Of a DNA stretch of 64,000 nucleotides, positions 39,970 through 50,700 are shown piece after piece. Position numbers and translations under genes: made by a program. Source of the DNA: Hemiscyllium ocellatum (taxonomy: Eukaryota). Every line of letters begins with the position of its first letter. The first letter of the stretch is position 1. Location: assembly GCF_020745735.1 (NCBI RefSeq), contig NC_083408.1, forward strand, positions 76,290,484 through 76,354,483, in the 5' to 3' direction. The notes beneath the pieces were generated by a model, which was given only the letters and a program-made list of their open reading frames with translations, was not told the DNA's origin and made no database searches.

Positions 39970-41660
39970 AGAACTGGCTCAAAGGTAGAAGACAGAGTGT
40001 GGTGGTGGAGGGTTGTTTTTCAGACTGGATGCCTGTGACCAGTGGAGTGCCACAAGGATTGGTGCTGCGCCCTGTACGTTTTGTCATTTACATAAATGAT
40101 TTGGATGCGAGTATAAGAGGTACAGTTAGTAAGTTTGCAGATGACACCAAAATTGGAGGTGTAGTGGACAGCGAAGAGGGTTACCTCAGATTACAACAGG
40201 ATCTGGGTTGAGAAGTGGCAGATGGAGTTTGGTCAAATAAATGCAAGGTGCTGCATTTTGGGAAAGCAAATCTTAGCATGACTTATAAGACCATAAGACA
40301 TAGGAGTGGAAGTAAGGCCATTCGGCCCATCGAGTCCACTCCGCCATTCAATCATGGCTGATGGGCATTTCAACTCCACTTACCCGCATTCTCCCGGTAG
40401 CCCTTAATTCCTTGAGACATCAAGAATCTATCAATCTCTGCCTTGAAGATATTTAGCGTCCCGGCCTCCACTACACTCTGTGGCAATGAATTCCACAGGC
40501 CCACCACTCTCTGGCTGAAGAAATGTCTCCACATTTCTGTTCTGAATTGACCCCCTCTAATTTTAAGGCTGTGTCCACGGGTCCTAGTCTCCTCACCTAA
40601 CGGAAACAATTTCCTAGCGTCCACCCTTTCCAAGCCATGTATTATCTTGTAAGTTTCTATTAAGTCTCCCCTTAATCTTCTAAACTCCAATGAATACAAT
40701 CCCAGGATCCTCAGCCGTTCCTCATATGTTAGACCAATCATTCTAGGGATCATCCATGTGAATCTCTGCTGGACACGTTCCAGTGCCAATATATCCTTCC
40801 TGAGGTGTGGGGCCCAAAACTGGACACAGTACTCCAAATGGGGCCTAACCAGAGCTTTATAAAGTCTCAGTAGCACAACTGTGCTTTTATATTCCAACCC
40901 TCTTGAGATACGTGACAATTATACACTTAATGATAAGGTCCTAGGGAGTGTTGCTGAACAAAGGGACCTTAGAGTGCAGGTTGATAGCTCCTTGAAAGTG
41001 GAGTCGCAGGTAGATAGGATAGTGAAGAAGGCGTTTGGTATGCTTTCCTCTATTGGTCAGAGTATTGAGTACAGGAGTTGGGAGGTCATGTTGCGGCTGT
41101 ACAGGACATTGGTTAGGCCACTGTTGGAATATTGTGTGCAATTCTGGTCTCCTTCCTATTGGAAAGATGTTGTGAAACTTGAAAGGGTTCAGAAAAGATT
41201 TGCAAGGATGTTGCCATGGTTGGAGGATCTGAGCTACAGGGAGAGGCTGAACACACTGGGGCTGTTTTCCCTGGAGCGTCGGAGGCTGAGGGGCCGACCT
41301 TATAAAGGTTTACAAAATTATGAGGGGCATGGATAGGATAAATAGGCAAAGTCTTTTCCCTGGGGTCGGGGAGTCCAGAACTAGAGGGCATAGGTTTAGG
41401 GTGAGAGGGGAAAGATATAAAAGAGACCTAAGGGGCAACTTTTTCACGCAGAGGGTGGTACGTGTATGGAATGAGCTGCCAGAGGATGTGGTGGAAGCTG
41501 GTACAATTGCAACATTTAAGAGGCGTTTGGATGGGTATATGAATAGGAAGGGTTTGGAGGGATATGGGCCGGGTGCTGGCAGGTGGGACTAGATTGGGTT
41601 GGGATATCTGGTTGGGTTGGACCGAAGGGTCTGTTTCCATGCTGTACATCTCTAAGACTC
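39970..41660 (+). mobile_element. 5'-truncated CR1 inserted in L1 ORF2
   Basis: SGVPQG, FADDTKIGG, LEYCVQFWSP and a CR1 3' tail. It splits the L1 motif PSPDGLPSE|FYKEF. Confidence 0.9.
40288..40918 (-). mobile_element. Young CR1 of a second family inserted in the CR1 above (TSD TTATA)
   Basis: Uninterrupted 182-aa ORF2 C-terminus (LVRPHLEYCVQFWAP...RTRGHSLK); tail TCTTATGG-TCTTAT; TTATA at 40283-40287 and 40919-40923. Confidence 0.9.
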
Positions 41661-43910
41661 TAATTCACTAGGGAGACCATCAGGACTGGGCGCCTTTCCA
41701 CTTTGAAGCTGCTTCCCCTCCTCCTGTACCTCTTGCACTGTTAAAGAGGCATTAAGGAGAGATGCCTGTTCAGAGGTCACTCCTGGAAGATCCAGGTTCC
41801 TTAAAAAACAACTCCACCTTAGCCCATCTGTGCTTACAGCCTTGCGGCTGGTATAATTCAGAGTAAAACCTCTGAAATGCAGCATTGATCTTTTTAGAAT
41901 CACAAGAGTTCCAGTCCTTTCCCTGATTGAGGTAATAGATTGTGGGGGGTGTTCTTCGTCCTCGCCAGATATGCCAGATATTCTCCCAGCCTATAGCCAT
42001 GCTCAAACAACCTTTGTTTCACAAAGCAAAGTTCCTTCCTCGTTGTCTGTGTGAGCATGGAATTCAAGGTGGACTGAAGAACTGTAACCCACTGCAACTT
42101 AGCTACCGATGGCCTATCAAAATATGCCATCTTAGCTGTCTTCAGTTAGGCCTCGAGCAGGCGCTACTGCTCTATCTTCTGTCGCCTCCGACTGGCAGAG
42201 TAAGAAGTAATTATCCCCCTAGCACAAGCCTTAGCAGTCTCCCAGAGAATAGATGGGTTACTAACCGTATCCAAATTAATGGCCAAGAATGCTTTAAACT
42301 CATTCGTAAAATACTCGAACTTACTGTCCTTGAGAATAAAGGGAACCATTCGCCAGTGCCGTGAACCTGCCACATTGCCCTTAATCTTGACCACTAAATG
42401 TACTGCTGCAATCAGAAATTGTGACATTCCCAATTGTACAGAACATCACCGAATCCAGAAAAAACATGGGGGCTAGGAAAAGATCAACCCTGGTATAACA
42501 CTTGTGCGGACTAGAAAAAAGACGCCTCCAAATATCCACCAGTCCCAATTCCATACATAAATCAACTAGGCGCTTAGATTGCAGAGAAAGTTTTGGGGGG
42601 CCTTTGGGCATTCTATTCAATAGGGCACCCATGAGACCTTTAACATCTCTCCCTACAATAATATGCCGTGATGTAAGAGCAATCAATTTGGAGAATACAT
42701 CTATCAGAAGTTTAAGAGGATGCGCTGGAGGACAATAAACATTCAAAATACCATATTCTTCACCATATATTGAGATTCTAAGAATTACAAACAGCCCATG
42801 CTCATCTTTAATATGCTCTAGTAACTTAAATGGGAGATTCTTTCGAATGAGTATGGGTTTCCCTCTAACTCTTAATATTGAAGGACAAAAAAACCTGCCG
42901 TAACTTCAGATGTTCCTTATCATCAAAGTGAGTTTCCTGCAACAGGGCAATATCAGCCTTCACCGTTTTAAGACTTGAGGGTACCTTTTTCCTCTTGACC
43001 AGCAAATGACTCCCTTTAATGTTCCATGTACAGCATTTTGCCATGACCCTCTAGAATAGCCTTTGAACTCCTGAGAGGAATAACTCGACTTACAAATTGT
43101 ATAAATGAAGATAGACTTATAGACCCTTAAAACTATGCACACTAAAACTACTACACCTAACAAACTTAACTTTCAAAAACTACAGCTACAAAAAGCCAAC
43201 AAACTAAATCAAATGCAAAATACAAAAGGCACGTAATGGGGGACTCTACACCCTGCCCACAGTGGGGGCTTACACATCTCCCATACACTTCCATAACTCC
43301 TTCCAGCTTGAGCCACACCCCAAACTCAAGCAAAAGAAAGAAAAAAAAGTAATATTAACAAAGAAATTAAAAGTGAGCACTCTACTCATCCCCAACTATA
43401 CATCAACCCCAATTAACATCACAAAACATTCAACAACTCTTTCGTTAAGAAATGGAGAGAAGTACAAAAGAAAAACAGAAAACATTATTGTCCATATCCT
43501 TTAGACAATCCAGTCTATTTTAAAGTGTCCAGAAAGTTTTTCACTTTTTCTGAAGATTCAAATGAGCAAACAGACCCATCATAAGTAAAATGAAGCACCG
43601 CCGGGTACCTTACAGAGTCCGAGGTCCCTCAGTCTTCTCATCACCTCATCAAACTATATCCTTTTACGGATCACAGCCACGGAAAAGTCCTGGAAGAACA
43701 TTATCTTGGATCCATTGTGTATCAAGGTCTGTGGATCCTTCCCTGCAATCTGCTTGTCCCTATAGCATTGGAATCGCACTAGGACCGGGTAGGAGTACTG
43801 GTACAAACTGGGCCTGTGCACCACAACCCAGTGAACTCTGTTGACCTTCACCCAGCCTGTCTCGGCCTCCCGACCAAGAAATTGCGGCAGCCAGTCTACA
43901 AAAAAATTTA

Positions 43911-46598
43911 CGGCGGAAAATGAGGCGCTCTTTCTCCAACCGTCGTGTTGTTATGCTCTGGCGATGGAGGAGTCCAAGGACCTGCATGTCCTTGGTGGAG
44001 TGGGAGGGAGAGTTAAAGTGTTGAGCCACGGGGTGGTTGGGTTGGTTGGTCTGGGCGTCCCAGAGATGTTCCCTGAAGCGTTCCGCAAGTAGGCGGCCCG
44101 TCTCCCCAATATAGAGGAGGCCACATCGGGTGCAGCGAATGCAATAGATGATGTGTGTGGAGGTGCAGGTGAATTTGTGGCGGATATGGAAGGATCTTTT
44201 GGGGCCTTGGAGAGAGGTAAGGGAGGAGGTGTGGGCACAAGTTTTGCATTTCCCGGCAGGGGAAGGTGCCGGGAGTGGAGATTTGGTTGGTGGGGGGTGT
44301 GGACCTGATGAGGGAGTCACGGAGGGAGTGGTCTTTGCGGAACGGGAGGGGAGGGAAATATATCCCTGGTGGTGGGGTCCATTTGGAGGTGGCGGAAATG
44401 ACGGCGGATAATACGCTGTATACGGAGGTTGGTGGGGTGGTAGGTGAGAACCAGTGGGGTTCTGTCCTGGTGGCGGTTGGAGGGGCGGGGCTCAAGGGTG
44501 GAGGAGCGGGAAGTGGAGGAGATGCGGTGGAGGGCATCATTATTCACGTTTGGGGGGAATCTGCGGTCTTTGAAGAAGGAGACCATCTGGGCTGTACGGT
44601 ATTGGAACTGGTCCTCCAGGGAGCAGATGCGGCGGAGACGAAAGAATTGGGAATATGGGATGGCATTTTTACAGGAGGCAGGGTGGGAGGAGGTGTAGTC
44701 TAGGTAGCTGTGGGAGTCAGTCGGTTTATAGTAGATGCCTGTGTTGATTCGGTCGCCCGAGATAGAAATGGAAAGGTCTAGGAAGGGGAGGGAGGAGTCT
44801 GAGATGGTCCAGGTGAATTTGAGGTCTGGATGGAAGGTGTTGGTAAAGTTGATGAACTGTTCAACCTCCTCGTGGGAGCACGAGGCAGCGCCGATACAGT
44901 CATCGATGTAGCGGAGGAAAAGGTGGGGGGTGGTGCCAGTGTAGTTGCGGAAGATGGACTGTTCTACATATCCTACGAAGAGACAGGCATAGCTGGGGCC
45001 GATGCGGGTGCCCATGGCAACTCCTTTAGTTTGGAGGAAGTGGGAGGATTGGAAAGAGAAGTTGTTCAGGGTGAGGACCAGTTCAGTCAGTCGAAGGAGG
45101 GTGTCGGTGGAAGGGTACTGGTTGGTACGGCGGGAAAGGAAGAAGCGGAGGGCTTTGAGTCCTTCGTGATGGGGGATGGAGGTGTACAGGGACTGGATGT
45201 CCATCGTGAAGATAAGGCGTTAGGGACTGGGGAAGCGAAAATCATGGAGGAGGTGGAGGGCGTGGGTGGTGTCCCGAACGTAGGTGGGGATTTCTTGGAC
45301 GAAGGAGGACAGAACCGTGTCGAGGTACGCGGAGATGAGTTCAGTGGGGCAGGAGCAGGCTGAGACAATGGGTCGGCTGGGGCAGTCAGGTTTGTGGATT
45401 TTGGGCAGGAGGTAGAAACGGGCGGTGCGGGGTTGTGTTTTTTAGCAGATGCGGCAGAAACGAAGGAATTGGGAATATGGGATGGTGTTTTTTTAGCAGA
45501 TGCGGCGGAGACGATTTTTTTAGCAGATGCGACGGAGATGATTTTTTTCCCAGGAGGACCAGTTCCAATACCATACAGCCCAGATGACCTCCTTCTTCAA
45601 AGACCGCAGATTCCCCCCAAACGTGATCAACGATGCCCTCCACCGCATCTCCTCCACTTCCCGCTCCTCCGCCCTCGCAGAACCCCACTGGTTCTCACTT
45701 ACCACCCCACCAACCTCCATATACAGCGTATCATCCGCCGTCATTTCCGCCACCTCCAAACGAACCCCACCACCAGGGATATATTTCCCTCCCCTCCCCA
45801 TCAGCATTCCGCAAAGACCACTCCCTCCGTGACTCCCTCGTCAGGTCCACACCCCCCACCAACCCAACCTCCACTCCCGGCACCTTCCCCTGCAACCGCA
45901 GGAAATGCAAAACACAGCGCCCACACCTCCTCCCTTACCTCTCTCCAAGGCCCCAAGGGATCCTTCCATATCCACCACAAATTCACCTGCACCTCCACAC
46001 ACATCATCTATTGCATTCGCTGCACCCGATGTGGCCTCCTCTATATTGGGGAGACGGGCCGCCTACTTGCGGAACGCTTCAGGGAACCCTCTGGGACGCC
46101 CGGACCAACCAACCCAACCACCCCATGGCTCAACACTTTAACTCTCCCTCCCACTCCACCAAGGACATGCAGGTCCTTGGACTCCTCCATCGCCAGAGCA
46201 TAGCAACACGACGGTTGGAGGAAGAGCGCCTCATCTTCCGCCTGGGAACCCTCCAACCACAAGGGATGAACTCAGATTTCTCCAGTTTCCTCATTTCCCC
46301 TCCCCCCACCTTGTCTCAGTCGATTCCCTTGAACTCAGCACCGCCCTCCTAACCTGCAATCTTCTTCCTGACCTCTCCGCCCCCACCCCACTCCGGCCTA
46401 TCACCCTCACCTTGACCTCCTTCCACCTATCACATCTCCATCGCCCCTCCCCCAAGTCCCTCCTCCCTACCTTTTATCTTAGCCTGCTGGACACACTTTC
46501 CTCATTCCTGATGAAGGGCTTATGCCCGAAACATCGAATGTCCTGTTCCTTGGATGCTGCCTGACTTGCTGCGCTTTAACCAGCAACACATTTCCAGC
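43911..46598. mobile_element. Young Penelope-like retroelement (RT + GIY-YIG) in inverted (head-to-head) configuration, inside L1 ORF1
   Basis: Minus arm: MDIQSLYTSIP, GVAMGT..GPSYACLF, FLRYIDD, IIYCIRCTRCGLLYIGETGR.LAERFREH. Plus arm (45549-46598) repeats the C-terminus and ends in a hammerhead-bearing tail. CpG-rich, so relatively recent. Confidence 0.92.
46503..46540 (+). ncRNA. Minimal type I hammerhead ribozyme in the Penelope 3' terminal repeat
   Basis: CATTC-CTGATGA-A-GGGC-TTAT-GCCC-GAAA-CATC|GAATG. All invariant core nucleotides are present; stem I is a perfect 5 bp (CATTC/GAATG) and stem II is 4 bp. Predicted cleavage after C46535. Confidence 0.8.
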
Positions 46599-47075
46599 TC
46601 CACTCTGTCAAGGACTCAATCATGGTCTCCGATGCTGCAGTCCAACGTCCAACCTCCTCCATTCGCTTTCCGAGCCCTTCTGGCTCCTGCTCATGTTTGT
46701 GCAGCATGACCGAGATCAGGTCCAGCCTAGTGTGACTCTCCTCAACTGAAGCCTCGATCATTTCCCGGACCTTCACAAGCTCTGCAGCCAAGGTCTTTTG
46801 GTTGAATGTTTCCATCAGAGTTGCAGATGAGGCTGAAGCTGCAGTCACAGTTGTAGTCACGAGCGTGTCCTATGCTGCCAGGGAATGTCCTGTGTGTTGG
46901 GACTCAACCGAACCTTTAAGTCATCTTCCCTTGCTAAAAAAGAAGGGTATGTAATGATTCCACCAATATTTAATTATTGAATTTTCCTGAAATAACTTAG
47001 GTGGGGAAGGTAAAAGCACCACTTCGCCTGAGTTATGGTGCAGAGCTTAGCAAAGCAGACCTTTCAGATCGCCGC

Positions 47076-47752
47076 TGAAGAGGGAGATGGCATGGGGCAG
47101 GGTGACACTAAGTACACAGACACACAAGATGGCCGTGGATCACAATATGGAGAGAAACAGCAGAGCTGGTACAGACATTGCCTGGGGCCACCAGAACACC
47201 AATACAATGCACTCACGACCCAGTCAATTAGTTTAACGCAGGTGGGGGAGACAATACGCATGAGTAATGAACACTGCCCGCTAAAGTGTCTGGGTCCAGC
47301 CAACACCTTTGATAGAAATGCGAACAGCTTGATACAGACTCAATACAAAATGCTAATAGCCAGAGCTGCAGTAATTATCCTTCTTAAGAAGAACAATTAG
47401 CACCCATTACTACAGCAATGGATTTCCGTACAGACATTGAAACTGACAATGACCATGCAGAAATTAAAAAAGACTGCGCTGGAACTGACAAAGACTGTAT
47501 CGAAACTATTAATGATTCTGTAATGATTGCCATAAACAAACCATGTTACAAAGACAATAATCTCATCACCGACCTATGGTCTCACAAGATGTATAGAAGT
47601 TTCTTGACGTGCTCCTGGTCGAGAGAAGACTCATAGTTGACCACTGTGCTGTTGGTGACTTTCTCTCCCCAGAGTCCAGTGTTTCCTTGTGCAATAAACT
47701 CTATATTAGAACCCCAATTCTGACTCTGCGGCTGGTGATTTTCCCTACAACA
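47076..47752 (+). repeat. 5' LTR of an endogenous retrovirus
   Basis: Starts TG exactly where L1 5'UTR homology stops. TATA-like TATAGAA at 47592-47598, AATAAA at 47693-47698. Ends ...CCCTACAACA, 2 nt before the PBS. Confidence 0.7.
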
Positions 47753-47754
47753 AT

Positions 47755-47772
47755 TGGCACTGCGAACAGGAT
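47755..47772 (+). promoter_or_regulatory. Primer-binding site, most similar to the 3' end of tRNA-Ser
   Basis: TGGCACTGCGAACAGGAT compared with the tRNA-Ser(CGA)-type complement TGGCGCTGTGAGCAGGAT. A strong splice donor AGG|GTAAGA follows at 47818/47819. Confidence 0.65.
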
Positions 47773-50700
47773 TCTTATTACTGGTGCCCTGATTGAAGGC
47801 CACGATCGGGGGACCAGGGTAAGAACTAATTTGTACCTGCAAACGGGAAGGGTCAGACTGGGCCAAGAACACAGTTTAAAAGATACACCAATTGTAATGT
47901 CTGATTTGCTACAAGTACTGCGTTACCATATTTAAGTGCATATCTGTGGAGAATAAGTGTTTAACTGTATTAACTGTTGTAAGAATCTGCTGCTTGTGCT
48001 GAAACAGCCAGAGGACATGGTAGTGCCTGTCTCAAAAGCCCTGCCCTAAACCAGTTGTTAAGAGGGGTAGCCCCCACCATGTGAAGGTTGGGATTTGAAG
48101 AGGGAATTGAGGTGCCAAAGGCACTAGGAGCTGTGAAGCACAAGTGGCAAAGTCGGATAACATTGGACTGTGTAGGGGCGAACAATGCAGAGTCCAGTTA
48201 GAGTTTAACTTAAAGGTTGGGTGCTGTCTGTATTTGTAACTTCCAGTGTGGTGAGGAATTGGAGCTGATCACACTGACCAAGAGCCAAACCTCAGTGGAT
48301 CGCACATAACCAAGGTGGGGAGCATGGACACTGTGACTAACTGTGATACCCTGTTAGTCTGTAGTAGAACGGTGGAGTTTGAGTAGTGGCGGTGGCCGGG
48401 AGGGTAGAGAGCACACCGGGCTAGAGGTATGTTTCAGGGCCTATTGGGAGGCATTGGGTCAGCAGAGGTGGCCGAGAGGCTAAAGAATCCCACAGGTAGA
48501 CAGCACACCCTTTTGAACCAGACGGCCAGGAGGGCAGAGAAGTCCCACCAGTAGAGAGCATACCTTACTAGGAGACTGCTACGGCAATAAGGATGGTGCT
48601 GGCCAGGGGTAGAGAGGTCCCCACTAGATTAGGAACATATTACTGTTGGTAGTATCCGGGGGGTACACAATCTGGTAAGTGGCAGATCGAAGTTCTAAGG
48701 GGGATACTGCAGGTTCCTTTATTGAGAAATACAAGGCAGACAGACAAGGGCTGGCAAGAGCAAATGAAGAAGAGTGGATGGGACCCAGCCCAGACATTAG
48801 CACAACAGAGACAGTGGATAGATAAGCAGAAATGAAATAAAAACTAAAAAGCTAGGGGTAATGTTAGTACACCAATTAGCCGGCCTAATTGAACAAATGA
48901 GTGCCTCCACAAGTAGGTGGAGAAAGGACCAGGAGCAAGTTAGAGAAGTGGAGGGCAGAATAAAAAATTTAGAATTCACCTTAGAAAATATGCGAGAGGA
49001 GAGAGAAATTGACGGTCTCCCCTCCTATGAAACATTCAGCAGGAGCCAACTGCTCCCTCTGCTGGACAAACCGTGCAGGAGTACAACTTTGCACCTGTTA
49101 CCAGAGGAGGAACAGATGCACAACTCAAAGCGAATTATAAACCCTTCACCCCAGAGGAGAGGCAGCAGATTATGGCCTCCCTGGGCAAATTACAGCCCTG
49201 GAGTGCAAATGCCAACTTCTGGGAAGAGCTGGATAGTGTGTGGGTAAGGCACCGCTGCAAATGTGTTGCTGGTCAAAGCACAGCAGGCCAGGCAAAGGCA
49301 CCAACTACAGCTGAGGGACACAAAACAGCTGGTCCGAGCAGCTTGTCCAGCAGACAAGTGGAGGCTGATACCTGGTGAACCCGACGCCACAGCAGCCCAA
49401 GACTTTAGGGGAGGATGGTGGACACATGGCATTGCCCTCACAGCAGAGATAGGTGCCCAGCAAACCCCCTTCACCAACTTTAAAGAAGAAATCCAGAGTG
49501 TGCTAGGAAATGCTCCCATGAACTGAAGCAGGATCACACATACAAAACAACTTAATGGGGAAGGAACCTCTGAATATGGGGAACGATTATTTAGGATCTA
49601 TCAGGGCAAGCAAACCCAGATTGGGGAGACTGGGCATTCATTCAAGCTTTTAAAGATGGGCTCTCTAGCACCCACCAAGACATCCTGAAAATGGGAGTAA
49701 TACTGCAGCCGTTGCAAAAGGGTCGGACACACACTCGAGCAGTGTGCTGGGAAAAGCATGGGGCACCTCCAAATATCAGCTGAAACACCGCAGAACCGCG
49801 GGAGTCCCGAGATCAGCAGAGCTGACAACCAGCTGTCCCCATTCGTGAGAGTAAGGGAGAGGAGAGAATTTACAGTACCTGCAGTAATAGGAGGGAGGAA
49901 ATGTGAGATGCTAGTAGACACAGGAGCCGCTGTATCCATCACAAACCTACCATTACCCCACACAAACAAAATGATTCATTTAACTAGGGTAGGAGGGGAT
50001 AAAACACCAGCTTACCTAAGCGAAACTACTCTTGTAGAAATAAATAACATATATATGCCCATGAGATTCTATGTATGCTAAAGTAATGAGGGCACCGTAA
50101 TGGGCAATGATCTCATGAGAGAATATAATGTTCTAGTCAATTATGCAAAAGGGAAGTTGATTTGGCCCAGACAGAATGGTCAGAAGACTGAGATTGGAAA
50201 ACTTACAAGTCAACTTGAAACTATTAAAGTGGCTACTGTCACCAGTAGAGACTGGAACCTCGAAAAGTGGGGTTCAGAGCCACCTGCGCCTCCATTCCTG
50301 GAGCCTGGGCAGAAACAAAGTTAGACATTGGTCTAGTTAAGGGTTCCCAGACCAGAGCATAAGCCTCACCGGCAATACCCAATAAAACCCGAAGCAGAAC
50401 ATGCAGTTGTGAAGATAGTGCAAGGACTAGTGAAACAGGGAATCCTGAAAGAAACTGCAAGTACAACTAATTCTCCAATGTGGCCAATAATAAAGCCTGA
50501 CAGGAGCTATAGGCTCACCATTGATTATACAGGACTAAGTAAGGTCACTCCCAAATTGCATCCCATTGTAGCAGACCCCTCCACCATTTTAAACAGCTTG
50601 GCCCCTGAGCACAAGAGTTTTACTGTTTTAGACATAGCCAACGGGTTCTGGTCTATCCCATTACACCCTGAGACCCAGAACAAATTCACTTTTACAGTAA

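Larger units (their letters stand above)
37662..47075 (-). mobile_element. Full-length L1/Tx1-clade LINE (ORF1, spacer, ORF2 APE-RT-CCHC), decayed and hosting nested CR1 and Penelope insertions
   Basis: ORF1 pieces (coiled-coil 46600-46860; VLVRFQCYRDK / KIMFFQDFS 43600-43900). ORF2 motifs: start TWNIKG..LLQETH (about 43040-42930), NVYCP, GKAPSPDGLPSE, YLGI, WKALPISWLDQVALLKMNVL, C-terminal Cys/His motif and FYQTWQPY. AATAAA plus A-rich tail at about 37662-37685. Confidence 0.88.

Noticed and set aside
45438-45548. CRISPR-like repeat array
   Set aside because: Eukaryotic locus; the repeats are copies of the Penelope ORF separated by oligo(T), with no unique spacers and no cas genes.
44013-46352. 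Many long overlapping Pro/Gly-rich ORFs
   Set aside because: Alternative and antisense frames of the C-rich Penelope sequence.
47035-47935. ORFs upstream of gag as retroviral accessory genes
   Set aside because: They overlap the LTR, PBS and leader, cross element boundaries and show no recognisable domains.
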